Part shown: positions 8,404-17,724 of the stretch, one piece after another
Layout: every line of letters begins with the position of its first letter
How positions within the stretch are numbered: the first letter of the stretch is position 1
Source: a virus
Taxonomy: Duplodnaviria; Caudoviricetes
Length of the DNA stretch: 34,089 nt
Direction: 5' to 3' (one strand)
Virus record (IMG/VR): IMGVR_UViG_3300019996_000004
Coordinates: 1 to 34,089 of that record
Position numbers and translations under genes: made by a program
Notes under the pieces: model-generated
The model's input: the letters and a program-made list of their open reading frames with translations, nothing else
What the model was told of the DNA's origin: nothing
The model's database searches: none

Positions 8404-10874
8404 TGGCAAATTTTTATCCATTAAACACACCATTTATTAACTATTATTTTTATAAAGCTCCTTTTGTTAATGACGCATATTCGCTAACAAATTTATCGGT
8501 ATTATCGGGGGGCTCCGGATATGCGCTTAATGATACTGTAATTCTTGGCGATGGCACTTATACAAATCCTGCCGTAATAAGGGTGACAGGTGTAACGCTT
8601 GGCGCCATCACTCAATTCATAATAACGAGCAATGGAAAATATAGCGTTACTCCAACGACTTTCACGCAGCTTGCCACCAATGGTGCAGGTACGGGTGCTA
8701 CATTTGACGGACTGGTCTTTGCTCCAAACTTATATCCAATTGGACCTAATGTCCCCTTAGCTGGCGGATTTATTTCTTTCTACGAAGATGAAAACAGAAC
8801 TGTGAGAGCTAATACCTATTCAGATGTTTTTGATCCACAAAATCCTGTCGTGAATCCAAATCCAATTCAATTGGGAAGCTCAGGAGATTTTCCTCCTATA
8901 TACATGGAAGACAGACTTTACTATATCGTAATTACAGATAATACGGGAGATGAATCCAATCCTGTCGAAGTTTTAGAGCATTTTGACCCAGCCGATTCGT
9001 TGGCTCATGCTTCTGCGTTTAACGACAATTTTATTGTAAATCCTCAATTTAATTATCCGATCACTTTTTATAAAACAACAGATGAGTTGGGAGAAATAAC
9101 GCAACCACTTACACGTCCGGCATGGGCATGGGAATTTTTAGAAGACGAAGACACTGATAGTAAAAACTACATTACTTTTGAAGAAATCCTTGGCTTAGGA
9201 ATAGAAGGGAATCCTGTCAACCAAATGGTTATTGATTGTCAAGAAACAAGTTCTGGAGAAACTCTAAAGGATGCAAGGTCATATCTTGGATCGGTTGATT
9301 TTTACAATGGAAATTCATTAACATTTAGTGCCCAAATGATAAGTTTATTAGTTACGCCCATCCCGATTACGATATCTTTGGAATTCAATTATGGAACCAA
9401 CGGTTCTTCATCTGAGTTAATACCATTAACGGTTTTTAATGTTGGAATTTCTCGGCAAAAATTCGCATATTCTTTTAGGGTTCCAGTTATTGCAGGGAAA
9501 ACTATTGGAGATGGAAATTATCTTGCATTGAGAATTCGTCTTCCATTGCAAACGATATGCAAACTTGGAATAACAAACGTTATGGAGTTGCCTGGTATTC
9601 AGCCATCGGCAATATTCAGCGATGAACCTTATGGATTTTCGAAAGCTGAAATTCTCGGAGAAGCAACTCAAATAAGCACGGCGGGATTATACGAAAATTA
9701 TTCTCCATATTACTACAAAGACGGCAAGATTTTTCCATATGCAAATACCGGAGATATTATTCTTTGCCCTTTAGATATTACGCCTCAGCCATTTAGACAT
9801 ATTTGCGATCATGCGTCTTTGAAAATAAGCGACTACAACGAAGCTGGAATTCCATATCAAAGGTTATATGACAAAATAGGTGTTGTTTTTGGGGCCTCTG
9901 GCGATCTTATTGTATCTTCAAATAATAATGTCGTCACATTTTCAAGTGCAGAGGGAGCCAGAGAAAAAACTGCGTATACCGCAGGTACCACAACTTTTGT
10001 TGTTACCAATACAGTCATTGGCTTACAATTTGGAATTAGCTTGGTTAACAACCATGATTATACTGTTACAGCAACATTCTTTGATCAATTTGCTCCTTCC
10101 CAGACAACACCAACATTCGGAAGTGCAATTGATCCTAGTTTTTCAAATAGTGGTGCAGGAATAATGACATATTGGGGAACCGCAACTTTAATATCCCCTA
10201 CTTCATTTGTTTTTACAACTTTAGCGGCAGGAAGCGGAGTCACTAATGCGTCAGTTTTGATAGACTTCATATCACATAATGTCAATGATTATACTACCAG
10301 GAGGGTCAATGAACCCAACCCACCATTCCCGCCATTTACGCAGGTTAGTAGCTTCATTGAATTTGCATCATTTGCCGTAAATAATAGGCAGCCAATAGGA
10401 CAGTATTCAGTCAACCAACAGATTTTGTTCAGTGTTGATGGAAGCAATTACGGTTATCCGGGCCAGGTTGCTCCCCCTCCGGCAGCGACAATAGCTTCAA
10501 GCCAGGTCATATTTGTTCCATTCTTTTCCAATTTATCTGTGCTAGATAACATCAAAACATTTGTAAAAATAATTGCAAATCCTTTTACGTGGACAGTTCA
10601 AGTAACGGTATTTCCGGTAGCAGGAACTTATTTCTTATATTCCTCTGCTGCTGTCGATTACTACGCTTGGTTTACTGTTGATGGAGCGGGAACCGATCCA
10701 GCAGTTGCAGGAAGAACAGGCGTAGTAATTCCTATATTTTCTGGACAATCAACAGAAAGAGTGGCCGAGATAATTGCATTAACTCTTAATACAGCAACAT
10801 TCAATGTGCCAGCACTAACAGATTTGCCCGCACTCGTGGCGTCTTCAAAAGTATCTTGGTTTATTAACTTATAG
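8403..10874 (+). CDS. Tail fibre/spike with head-binding-like N-terminal domain and split tail-collar motif
   Basis: 'PLAGG.I.FY......A.TYSD......NPNPI.L...G' head-binding-type motif; 'TGDIIL...CD.......Y.RLY..IG..FG' collar motif. Confidence 0.75.
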   Translation: MANFYPLNTPFINYYFYKAPFVNDAYSLTNLSVLSGGSGYALNDTVILGDGTYTNPAVIRVTGVTLGAITQFIITSNGKYSVTPTTFTQLATNGAGTGATFDGLVFAPNLYPIGPNVPLAGGFISFYEDENRTVRANTYSDVFDPQNPVVNPNPIQLGSSGDFPPIYMEDRLYYIVITDNTGDESNPVEVLEHFDPADSLAHASAFNDNFIVNPQFNYPITFYKTTDELGEITQPLTRPAWAWEFLEDEDTDSKNYITFEEILGLGIEGNPVNQMVIDCQETSSGETLKDARSYLGSVDFYNGNSLTFSAQMISLLVTPIPITISLEFNYGTNGSSSELIPLTVFNVGISRQKFAYSFRVPVIAGKTIGDGNYLALRIRLPLQTICKLGITNVMELPGIQPSAIFSDEPYGFSKAEILGEATQISTAGLYENYSPYYYKDGKIFPYANTGDIILCPLDITPQPFRHICDHASLKISDYNEAGIPYQRLYDKIGVVFGASGDLIVSSNNNVVTFSSAEGAREKTAYTAGTTTFVVTNTVIGLQFGISLVNNHDYTVTATFFDQFAPSQTTPTFGSAIDPSFSNSGAGIMTYWGTATLISPTSFVFTTLAAGSGVTNASVLIDFISHNVNDYTTRRVNEPNPPFPPFTQVSSFIEFASFAVNNRQPIGQYSVNQQILFSVDGSNYGYPGQVAPPPAATIASSQVIFVPFFSNLSVLDNIKTFVKIIANPFTWTVQVTVFPVAGTYFLYSSAAVDYYAWFTVDGAGTDPAVAGRTGVVIPIFSGQSTERVAEIIALTLNTATFNVPALTDLPALVASSKVSWFINL

Positions 10875-10885
10875 GAGTCATAAAA

Positions 10886-11263
10886 ATGTCTACATTGTCT
10901 GGATTAAATATTACTGACAGAAATACGGATTTGCCATTTTTCCCAAATATTACCTGGAATTTATTACAGGCAGATATAGCGGCAATAAATTTGCCAACAT
11001 TTAATTACATACAGGCATTTTTTGATGAATCTCTGGCGGTGGCTCCTGAATTGGCTCTTTTTAGTGGTTCATTTCATGATACAGGTTTGCCAATATTAAA
11101 CCTCGTAAGATTTGCTTATAGTGGGGATAAAATTCAAATAAAAGGAAGTGGATTTTTTATGACCGGCACAAATATTAGAGGGCAAACCGTAAGTTCAATC
11201 CCGATTGGGTCAGTTCCAACAACGGATTTGCTCAAGGTAATTGCATTTGGAGGCATGAGATAA
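10886..11263 (+). CDS. Hypothetical tail-module protein
   Basis: AGGAG RBS, 125-aa ORF between the fibre genes. Confidence 0.65.
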   Translation: MSTLSGLNITDRNTDLPFFPNITWNLLQADIAAINLPTFNYIQAFFDESLAVAPELALFSGSFHDTGLPILNLVRFAYSGDKIQIKGSGFFMTGTNIRGQTVSSIPIGSVPTTDLLKVIAFGGMR

Positions 11264-11265
11264 TT

Positions 11266-11409
11266 ATGGACAACCATAACTATGGAACTTTTCAACAAAA
11301 TCCTGATGCGATACATCCATTTATCCCACCTCTCCCTGGATTTTTGGAAGACAACAACTCTATCGCTCTTACAGATAACAATGGCGACCCATTAATAGAC
11401 AACGGATAA
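11266..11409 (+). CDS. 47-aa acidic peptide not in the ORF track (possible fibre-attachment peptide)
   Basis: GGAGG upstream; MDNHNYGTF...FLEDNNSIALTDNNGDPLIDNG*; fills the gap between flanking genes. Confidence 0.6.
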   Translation: MDNHNYGTFQQNPDAIHPFIPPLPGFLEDNNSIALTDNNGDPLIDNG

Positions 11410-11419
11410 GGTGAATGAA

Positions 11420-13342
11420 ATGGCAAAATATACGGCTTATACAAATAGCGCACCAATTGGAACAGATGTAATTGGAATATCACGCTCTCCTTTTACGGCA
11501 AATACATTTTTTTCAACAACTTTAGATCAGGTTAAAACATTTATTGCGCCAAATGAGCCAAACCAACAAATACTTTATGGGACGGGATCAGGCGTTTCTT
11601 CTAGCCCAAACTTAGGTTGGGATGGTTCATTTTTAGTTATAGGTGGAAGCATTGAGATTCCATCAATGACAGTGGCGGGAGTTATACACAATGATACTAG
11701 CGGACAATTTTTGAGTTCTTTGGTTGTTAATGCTGACATTGATGCAGCGGCGGCGATTACAGATTCAAAGCTTGCCACAATAGTCACCGCGGGAAAAGTT
11801 TCAAATTCTGCTACAACTGCTACGGCAGCAAACACCAGTTTAGCTATTGTTTCGCGTGATGCTAGCGGTAACTTTACAGCTGGGACAATTACGGGCGCCC
11901 TTTCTGGAAACGCAACAACATCAACAACTTCCACTAATTTTATAGGTAGTTTGTCTGGAGATGTGTCAGGAACACAGAGTGCTACTGTGTTGGGAAACGC
12001 CACAGTTACCAATGCAAAAATGGCTCAGATGGCCGCTCATACATTCAAGGGAAATAATACAGGGTCTTCTGCTACTCCAATTGATCTAACGATAGCGCAG
12101 ATGCAAGCCGAGTTAGGTGTGCCCTCCGGATTGGGCACAATGTCAACACAGAATGCCAATGCCGTTGCAATAACAGGAGGTACTATTTCTGGCACGAGTT
12201 TGTCAGCAACAATACCAACAAATTCTTTCATTATTGCAGATGGTGGCGGAATATATTTAAAATTCAATAGTGTAGATAGTCTGGTGCAAAATGGCGGAAC
12301 AATAATGAATGCCGCATTTACATTTGGTCAAGTATTAACTACCGTCATAAACGGAAGCACCATTGGATTGACAACAGCAGCTGCCGCTAAATTTACAACC
12401 ACAACAATTACCTCACTTGCTCCGACCGCTGGTGTTGTTCATAACGATACCGCCGGATTGCTGTCAAGCAGCTTGATTGTGAATGCAGATATCACTGCTG
12501 CCACAATAACGAATGGCAAGCTTGCTGTGATGGCTGCACATACTTTTAAAGGAAATAATACGGGCTCCTCTATCGCGCCTTTAGACTTAACAATAGCGCA
12601 GATGCAATCTGAACTGGGGATTGCTGGAACCCTAGGAACAATGGCCTATCAAAATGCGAATGCAGTCGCAATTACTGGTGGTTCAATATCTGCTGCTACT
12701 TATTCCAGAACTATAAGTGCAGCCACTGATTTCGTTCTTGTGAATGGTGCTGGTGTATATTTACAATTCAACACTACCGTAGGGTTACTACAAAATGGTG
12801 GAAAGATTCAAAATGCTGAGTTTACCCTTGGAGTCGTTACGGCAACTACTATGGTCTCGTCAATCATAGACAGTACGACTATCGGAGCCACAACGCCTTC
12901 AACCGGAAAATTTACCACTCTTCAAGCCACCACGGGTCTTACACTTCCAACCACTGGAGGAACGCCTACATCTCTTAATTACTATGAAGAATTCGATACT
13001 ACTATTGCGGTAACTGGCCCATGGGCAAGCCAAAACTTAACCGTAAAATTCACAAGAATTGGTCGAATTGTAGTCATGACATGGGGTGATTTAAGCGTAG
13101 CAATAACGGTAGCGAGTCAAAAAATAGCAAGTGCTGCTGGCGCAATTCCTACAAGGTTTAGACCTGTTGGTAGTGAAGGATTTGCGGAAATTATTAATGG
13201 TGCTTCATCCATTACAGAAGCACCAGGGATTGTTAAGGCATTATCGGGCGGAGGGATTCAGTTTGCAGCTGAAGCAGATAACAACTATGGCACAACGGGA
13301 TATGCGGGCGTCATTGCCGGATATTGGATATATACAATATAA
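11420..13342 (+). CDS. Long tail fibre with internal duplication and C-terminal receptor-binding head
   Basis: Thr/Ala-rich shaft motifs 'LGTM..QNANAVAITGG', 'IGATTPSTGKFTTL'; C-terminal 'TRIGRIV...IPTRFRP'. Confidence 0.8.
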   Translation: MAKYTAYTNSAPIGTDVIGISRSPFTANTFFSTTLDQVKTFIAPNEPNQQILYGTGSGVSSSPNLGWDGSFLVIGGSIEIPSMTVAGVIHNDTSGQFLSSLVVNADIDAAAAITDSKLATIVTAGKVSNSATTATAANTSLAIVSRDASGNFTAGTITGALSGNATTSTTSTNFIGSLSGDVSGTQSATVLGNATVTNAKMAQMAAHTFKGNNTGSSATPIDLTIAQMQAELGVPSGLGTMSTQNANAVAITGGTISGTSLSATIPTNSFIIADGGGIYLKFNSVDSLVQNGGTIMNAAFTFGQVLTTVINGSTIGLTTAAAAKFTTTTITSLAPTAGVVHNDTAGLLSSSLIVNADITAATITNGKLAVMAAHTFKGNNTGSSIAPLDLTIAQMQSELGIAGTLGTMAYQNANAVAITGGSISAATYSRTISAATDFVLVNGAGVYLQFNTTVGLLQNGGKIQNAEFTLGVVTATTMVSSIIDSTTIGATTPSTGKFTTLQATTGLTLPTTGGTPTSLNYYEEFDTTIAVTGPWASQNLTVKFTRIGRIVVMTWGDLSVAITVASQKIASAAGAIPTRFRPVGSEGFAEIINGASSITEAPGIVKALSGGGIQFAAEADNNYGTTGYAGVIAGYWIYTI

Positions 13343-13415
13343 GGAAAGTCTTCGAAAATTAATACATTTTAAAAAAATGATTGTTAAAAAACGCAAATAA
13401 GCTAAGGGTTACAAA

Positions 13416-13817
13416 ATGCAAATAAGCGAAGACTTAAAAGTTCATTCGATATTAATCGGTCAGATGATGGGTCAAATAGAAATGCTGAGAGAACGGACAC
13501 ATAGCACAGATAACGATGTCAAAATACATGGATATGCCATTAATAAAATCGACGGTAACCTTGATGGTACGGTTAAAAATGTTTTAAATATTATTGAAAA
13601 CCAATTAAAGCTTACATCCACTATCAATAATATTTCAACTGAAATAATTATCCTAAAGAATGCGGAAGATAAAAGAAAGAATTCATTAGAATTCATAAAA
13701 GAGCTTTTCGATAAAAAGAGAAATTGGATATTGGTGGTTGGCGTCATTAGTTTTATTAAACTATTTGAGAGCATTAATGTAATGAGCATAATATCAACTT
13801 TAACGAGGATAATATGA
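13416..13817 (+). CDS. Coiled-coil protein with C-terminal hydrophobic segment (lysis-cassette membrane protein)
   Basis: Heptad-like N-terminal part, WILVVGVISF segment, overlaps endolysin start. Confidence 0.55.
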   Translation: MQISEDLKVHSILIGQMMGQIEMLRERTHSTDNDVKIHGYAINKIDGNLDGTVKNVLNIIENQLKLTSTINNISTEIIILKNAEDKRKNSLEFIKELFDKKRNWILVVGVISFIKLFESINVMSIISTLTRII

Positions 13818-14143
13818 TGGTTGAAAAACAATCTAAATTTTCAAACATGATCGCTGATTTAATAAAAAAATCTTATGAATTAGGCTATATGATTACTTTT
13901 GCGGAAGCTTATCGACCACCAGATGTCGCCCAGCTGTATGCCAAGCAGGGTCGCGGAATAGCAAATTCTCTTCATTCACAAAGACTTGCGGTAGATTTCA
14001 ATATATTTAAAAATGGAAAGCTGTTGACGGATGGTTCACAGTTTGAAGATTTAGGTAAATATTGGGAATCTATAGGAGGAACATGGGGCGGCAGATTTAG
14101 AGACGGAAATCATTTTTCACTAGAACACAATGGCGTTAAATAA
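13814..14143 (+). CDS. Endolysin, peptidase M15 family (L-Ala-D-Glu peptidase type)
   Basis: 'EAYR', 'SLH...LAVD', 'WGG.F.DGNHFS' zinc-binding motifs. Confidence 0.9.
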   Translation: MMVEKQSKFSNMIADLIKKSYELGYMITFAEAYRPPDVAQLYAKQGRGIANSLHSQRLAVDFNIFKNGKLLTDGSQFEDLGKYWESIGGTWGGRFRDGNHFSLEHNGVK

Positions 14144-14227
14144 TATTGCCATCTCGGCATTCCCGAACCCGAAAACTATAATCGGCGATGGCGACGGAGA
14201 ATATAGCACAATTTTAGGAGAAGAAAA

Positions 14228-14794
14228 ATGAATTGGTCAGATATATCATCTTCTGTCTCAAAATTTGCTCCTTTAGCGGGTGCCGCATTATCTTCACCGC
14301 TAGGTGCAGCAATCGGCGTAGGGACTATTATCGCTAATTTATTTGGCGTAGATGCAAATCCACAAAAAGTTTTCGATTATATTAAAGAAAACCCGGAAAA
14401 AGCAGAAGAAAGACTAAAGTTTGAAATGTCAAATAATATTGAATTAGAAAAACTTGTTCTCGATTCTCTTCAAGAGCGAAACAGACATATGGAAGAAGAG
14501 AAGTTTATTGAATTTCAGAATGTTGATAGTGCCCGAAAAAATAGCGAAAATATCAATGGAAGTCCAGTTGATAATAATATAAAAATGATACTAGTCATCG
14601 GTCAATTTGCAGTTTTGATTATTTTGATAGCATTATTTTTTATATTCAAAGAAACCATAAATCAATCTGTTACTTTGACGCTAGGCACGGTAATGGGGGC
14701 GATAATGGCAAGTATAGCCAGCATGGTTAATTTTTATTGGGGAACTTCCTTCAGTTCTCAGAAGAAGGATGAGGTAATTTCTCGAAAATTGTAG
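14228..14794 (+). CDS. Putative holin (three hydrophobic segments)
   Basis: 'K.APL.GAAL..P.GA' N-terminus, two C-terminal TM helices ending 'NFYWGTS.SSQKKD'; next to endolysin. Confidence 0.7.
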   Translation: MNWSDISSSVSKFAPLAGAALSSPLGAAIGVGTIIANLFGVDANPQKVFDYIKENPEKAEERLKFEMSNNIELEKLVLDSLQERNRHMEEEKFIEFQNVDSARKNSENINGSPVDNNIKMILVIGQFAVLIILIALFFIFKETINQSVTLTLGTVMGAIMASIASMVNFYWGTSFSSQKKDEVISRKL

Positions 14795-14996
14795 GACAAA
14801 AGGCTTTGCCAGGTTTCAGATCGTTTAATGAAGCGAGATTGTCTAATTTCATATATTCAGATTCGCCATGACACATCACCTTGAATAGAACTTTATTTTC
14901 TAAAGCGCTATATTCATGAAAATAATTTTCAACAGGCTTGCAACATCTATCGCAAATTATTTTTTTCATTATTGCATCTAATGAGTAGGTGTCCAT
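14751..14996 (-). CDS. Hypothetical protein with CxxC and CHG motifs
   Basis: GAGG RBS; last ORF of the leftward operon, overlaps holin 3' end. Confidence 0.6.
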   Translation of the reverse strand: MDTYSLDAIMKKIICDRCCKPVENYFHEYSALENKVLFKVMCHGESEYMKLDNLASLNDLKPGKAFCPTIFEKLPHPSSEN

Positions 14997-15034
14997 TATT
15001 TAATCCTCATTTTCATAGAACGCAAAAAATTGTT

Positions 15035-15244
15035 TCATAACTCTACCCTATGTTCATAAAGTTTGTTTTTAAGGATAATTTCAATTCTATTTGATCTCAA
15101 TGATTCGCATACTTCCCATAATGCGCACACAATTACGCCACCAGATGAGGCTATTGTCAGTTCTAAATTATGAAAAATTGTTGTGAGTATCGTTACTACA
15201 AACATTAAGATAGTAAGAAATCTTGAATCCATAAAAAGTTTCAT
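15035..15244 (-). CDS. Small membrane protein
   Basis: Two hydrophobic segments; ATGA coupling at 15244. Confidence 0.55.
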   Translation of the reverse strand: MKLFMDSRFLTILMFVVTILTTIFHNLELTIASSGGVIVCALWEVCESLRSNRIEIILKNKLYEHRVEL

Positions 15245-15384
15245 GATAATTTTTCCCATTCTTTGTCATGAATTGATATAAGTTTGTCGCATCTGGGGCA
15301 GATTGCAACAAATGGAGATCCAGTCAGTGAGTATTGTTTATGAAAATCATGTCCCTTAAAGTAACATATTATTTTATAAAACAT
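15241..15384 (-). CDS. 47-aa Cys/His protein (DUF1660-like pattern), not in the ORF track
   Basis: AGGAG RBS; MFYKIICYFKGHDF...ICPRCDK. Confidence 0.6.
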   Translation of the reverse strand: MFYKIICYFKGHDFHKQYSLTGSPFVAICPRCDKLISIHDKEWEKLS

Positions 15385-15393
15385 AATTTACTC

Positions 15394-15600
15394 CTATTCT
15401 GAATCTGCAATATTTACTTTAAACGAAAAAGATAACGTTTGACCATTCGCAAGACCCGACGTATGTTCGGGGCAACTCTCTATTTTTTCTTTGAAGTGAT
15501 TGATAAGTCCCTGTTGAAATGACTTATAATCATCATAAACTTTAATTGGAACAATAGCGTTATTCGCAAGTATTACTTGGCTTAAAATATATTTTTTCAT
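15394..15600 (-). CDS. Hypothetical protein
   Basis: GGAGG RBS, ATGA coupling. Confidence 0.6.
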   Translation of the reverse strand: MKKYILSQVILANNAIVPIKVYDDYKSFQQGLINHFKEKIESCPEHTSGLANGQTLSFSFKVNIADSE

Positions 15601-15779
15601 TTCGCCTCCTCGTATTTCACCATTACTTGATTATAAACAGCACCATTATCATCAATATATATTGTTGGTTCAAAATATGGTTGACATCCAGCATCAATAT
15701 ACGCATTTACGCTCATAGAAAGCCACGTGGCGTTAGATGAAACTAAAATATAATAATCAACAATCTTTCTTTCTCTCAT
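15597..15779 (-). CDS. DUF1737-like protein
   Basis: 'I.DY.IL......L...VN..I..G.QP...P........Y.Q.MVKY' pattern. Confidence 0.7.
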   Translation of the reverse strand: MRERKIVDYYILVSSNATWLSMSVNAYIDAGCQPYFEPTIYIDDNGAVYNQVMVKYEEAK

Positions 15780-15940
15780 AATTTAAATCCAAATATAGAC
15801 ATCGGGTGATCTTGTCGGTACTCCTGAACGGAGCAAACTTCACACATTTTCTGCCAGTAATTTAAGGAGTCCCATTTTTCTTTGCCTAATAGCTCTACCA
15901 TTAATGGATTCCATTTTTCCATTGGATCATTTTTTATCAT
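15776..15940 (-). CDS. 54-aa hypothetical protein, not in the ORF track
   Basis: MIKNDPMEKWNPL...FKL*, stop overlaps the next start. Confidence 0.5.
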   Translation of the reverse strand: MIKNDPMEKWNPLMVELLGKEKWDSLNYWQKMCEVCSVQEYRQDHPMSIFGFKL

Positions 15941-16024
15941 TATTTGATGCCCATTTACTTTTGCAGAATGGACAATAACTCCAAAAAAGAGCGCACATAA
16001 TACAAGCTTTTAATTTCATTGGGA

Positions 16025-16543
16025 TCATAATTTAACCTCACATTGTTTTCTGGCCATTTCAACAAGTCGAGCATCAGCCAATGTCAAAACATCAAGCAAT
16101 AACCTTTTTTCTTCAATGTAAATCTTTGCGAAATCAGGATCATGATCAACAATAGAAGAGGTGTTGCTTATTAAGTCAGCAACCTTAATATTTTGAATAA
16201 ATCCGTTGCATTGTGACAGCCTAATTCTTGATTTTTCTTTTCTTTCTTTTCGGTTTCCAATATCCATATCCGAAAGCAATAGTACGTTATCAGCAAGCAA
16301 TATTCCAATTTCTCCACCAAATTTTTTTATGAAAGAATCATAAAGATTTTGCGCGTCCGTTAATTGATCCTCATGGACATCATGAAGCCATGCGGTTGCA
16401 ATTGAAACTTCATCGCTATCTATAGTACAAGCTATGGCCGCCACCTCCGCTATGTGGTCGGTATATGGGTTTCCAGTGTATTTTCTCTTTTGTCCCTTGT
16501 GCGCTTCCATGGCAAAAACCATAGCTTCATAAGCAAGATTCAT
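16025..16543 (-). CDS. RelA/SpoT-type HD hydrolase (small alarmone hydrolase/Mesh1-like)
   Basis: 'H.GQ.RKYTG.PY..H', 'LHDV.ED', 'IK.AD...N' motifs; stand-alone 172 aa. Confidence 0.88.
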   Translation of the reverse strand: MNLAYEAMVFAMEAHKGQKRKYTGNPYTDHIAEVAAIACTIDSDEVSIATAWLHDVHEDQLTDAQNLYDSFIKKFGGEIGILLADNVLLLSDMDIGNRKERKEKSRIRLSQCNGFIQNIKVADLISNTSSIVDHDPDFAKIYIEEKRLLLDVLTLADARLVEMARKQCEVKL

Positions 16544-16857
16544 AACTCAATCTCCTTAATTTCTTTTCCGCAATATGGGCAGAATTTGAAATCATCGAGC
16601 GTATCGAGCGTATAGGCTTGATAAATAAATTCTTTTTCTTTTTTGCAAGATGGTATTACCCTTTTTGTTATATGATCTTTAAAAAAATTACATTTATTTT
16701 CTGACTTCCATCCACATGTCTCATTAAGAATTTCTTCACATACGGATTTGAAAAATGCAATATCTTCTTTTGTATCAAATCTCATTCTGTCTTTTAGTTC
16801 TTCTCGCGTTAGTCGCACTAACATGGGAGATTTAATTTTATCCATGGTCTTTCTCAT
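16540..16857 (-). CDS. Hypothetical protein with C-terminal FCPYCG zinc ribbon
   Basis: 'FKFCPYCGKEI'. Confidence 0.65.
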   Translation of the reverse strand: MRKTMDKIKSPMLVRLTREELKDRMRFDTKEDIAFFKSVCEEILNETCGWKSENKCNFFKDHITKRVIPSCKKEKEFIYQAYTLDTLDDFKFCPYCGKEIKEIEL

Positions 16858-17455
16858 TGATTAATATATCTATGGCATCTCTTATTGAGCTACAAGGAAG
16901 AGCTGACTCAGAGTTTCCTGACGAGCACCAGCTGGCATTTCCATTTTCATTATTATTAATTTTTGCGCGAATATTGTGAATGCTAATATGATTTTTCTCT
17001 ATAAAGTCCAATCTTTCTGTATCTGTTATTTCTTTTTTTTCTTCAATATTATCGGATTGTGGCTTTCTAGGAACGTGATAACCGCAAACACATTCAGTTT
17101 CAGAAATAGATTCGCATACAGAAAGAAAAGATTCTCTTATCCTTGAAGATGAAATAACAGATAGAGTATCATCTACGGATTCTTTTTCGATAAGATAGCA
17201 AACTTGATTTTCGAGCTCTTTGATTCTCGATTCGTTTTTTTTGATAGAATTATTAATAGCTTTAAAATTTTCAAAGAAAATCGCATCTTCTTCAGTTATC
17301 TTATATACATCAAAATTTCCATCATTAATTCCTTTAATTAATGATGTGATATTATATTCATACATTCGAATTGTACTTATATAACCAGAGTATATGTTTT
17401 CTAATTTTTTTGGAAAATTTTCTAATATATCAATAATTTTTTGTTTATCAATCAT
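16838..17455 (-). CDS. Hypothetical protein (paralogous N-terminal domain; start may be 17533)
   Basis: GAGGG RBS before MIDKQKII; C-terminal 'TDTERLDF...IRDAID' phage motif. Confidence 0.6.
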   Translation of the reverse strand: MIDKQKIIDILENFPKKLENIYSGYISTIRMYEYNITSLIKGINDGNFDVYKITEEDAIFFENFKAINNSIKKNESRIKELENQVCYLIEKESVDDTLSVISSSRIRESFLSVCESISETECVCGYHVPRKPQSDNIEEKKEITDTERLDFIEKNHISIHNIRAKINNNENGNASWCSSGNSESALPCSSIRDAIDILINEKDHG

Positions 17456-17724
17456 CTTTGTTTCCCTCATGTAATTTGTTTTGCTATTGCACTCCCTCAA
17501 CTGTCTTTCTTCAATGTTTACGTTCTCTTTCATGATGCCCATCCCAAATATTCAAGTAAGTGTAACATTCCGCTAAACGCCATGACGATGGCGCATGCAG
17601 TAAAAATGAATGCCCCAAGGAATAAAAAGTATTGCTTCATTTCGTTTCCTGCCGCCAGTTAGGGTTGTTGAAAATGTTTCCGATAATTTAACATTTTTCA
17701 TATCCTCCTTTTGTTCATTCTACT

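Noticed and set aside
5991-12267. Alternative-frame and antisense ORFs within structural genes
   Set aside because: Shadow ORFs with no recognisable motifs, fully inside well-supported genes.
8403-13342. Diversity-generating retroelement or invertible tail cassette
   Set aside because: No reverse transcriptase or invertase; repeat differences are not adenine-specific.
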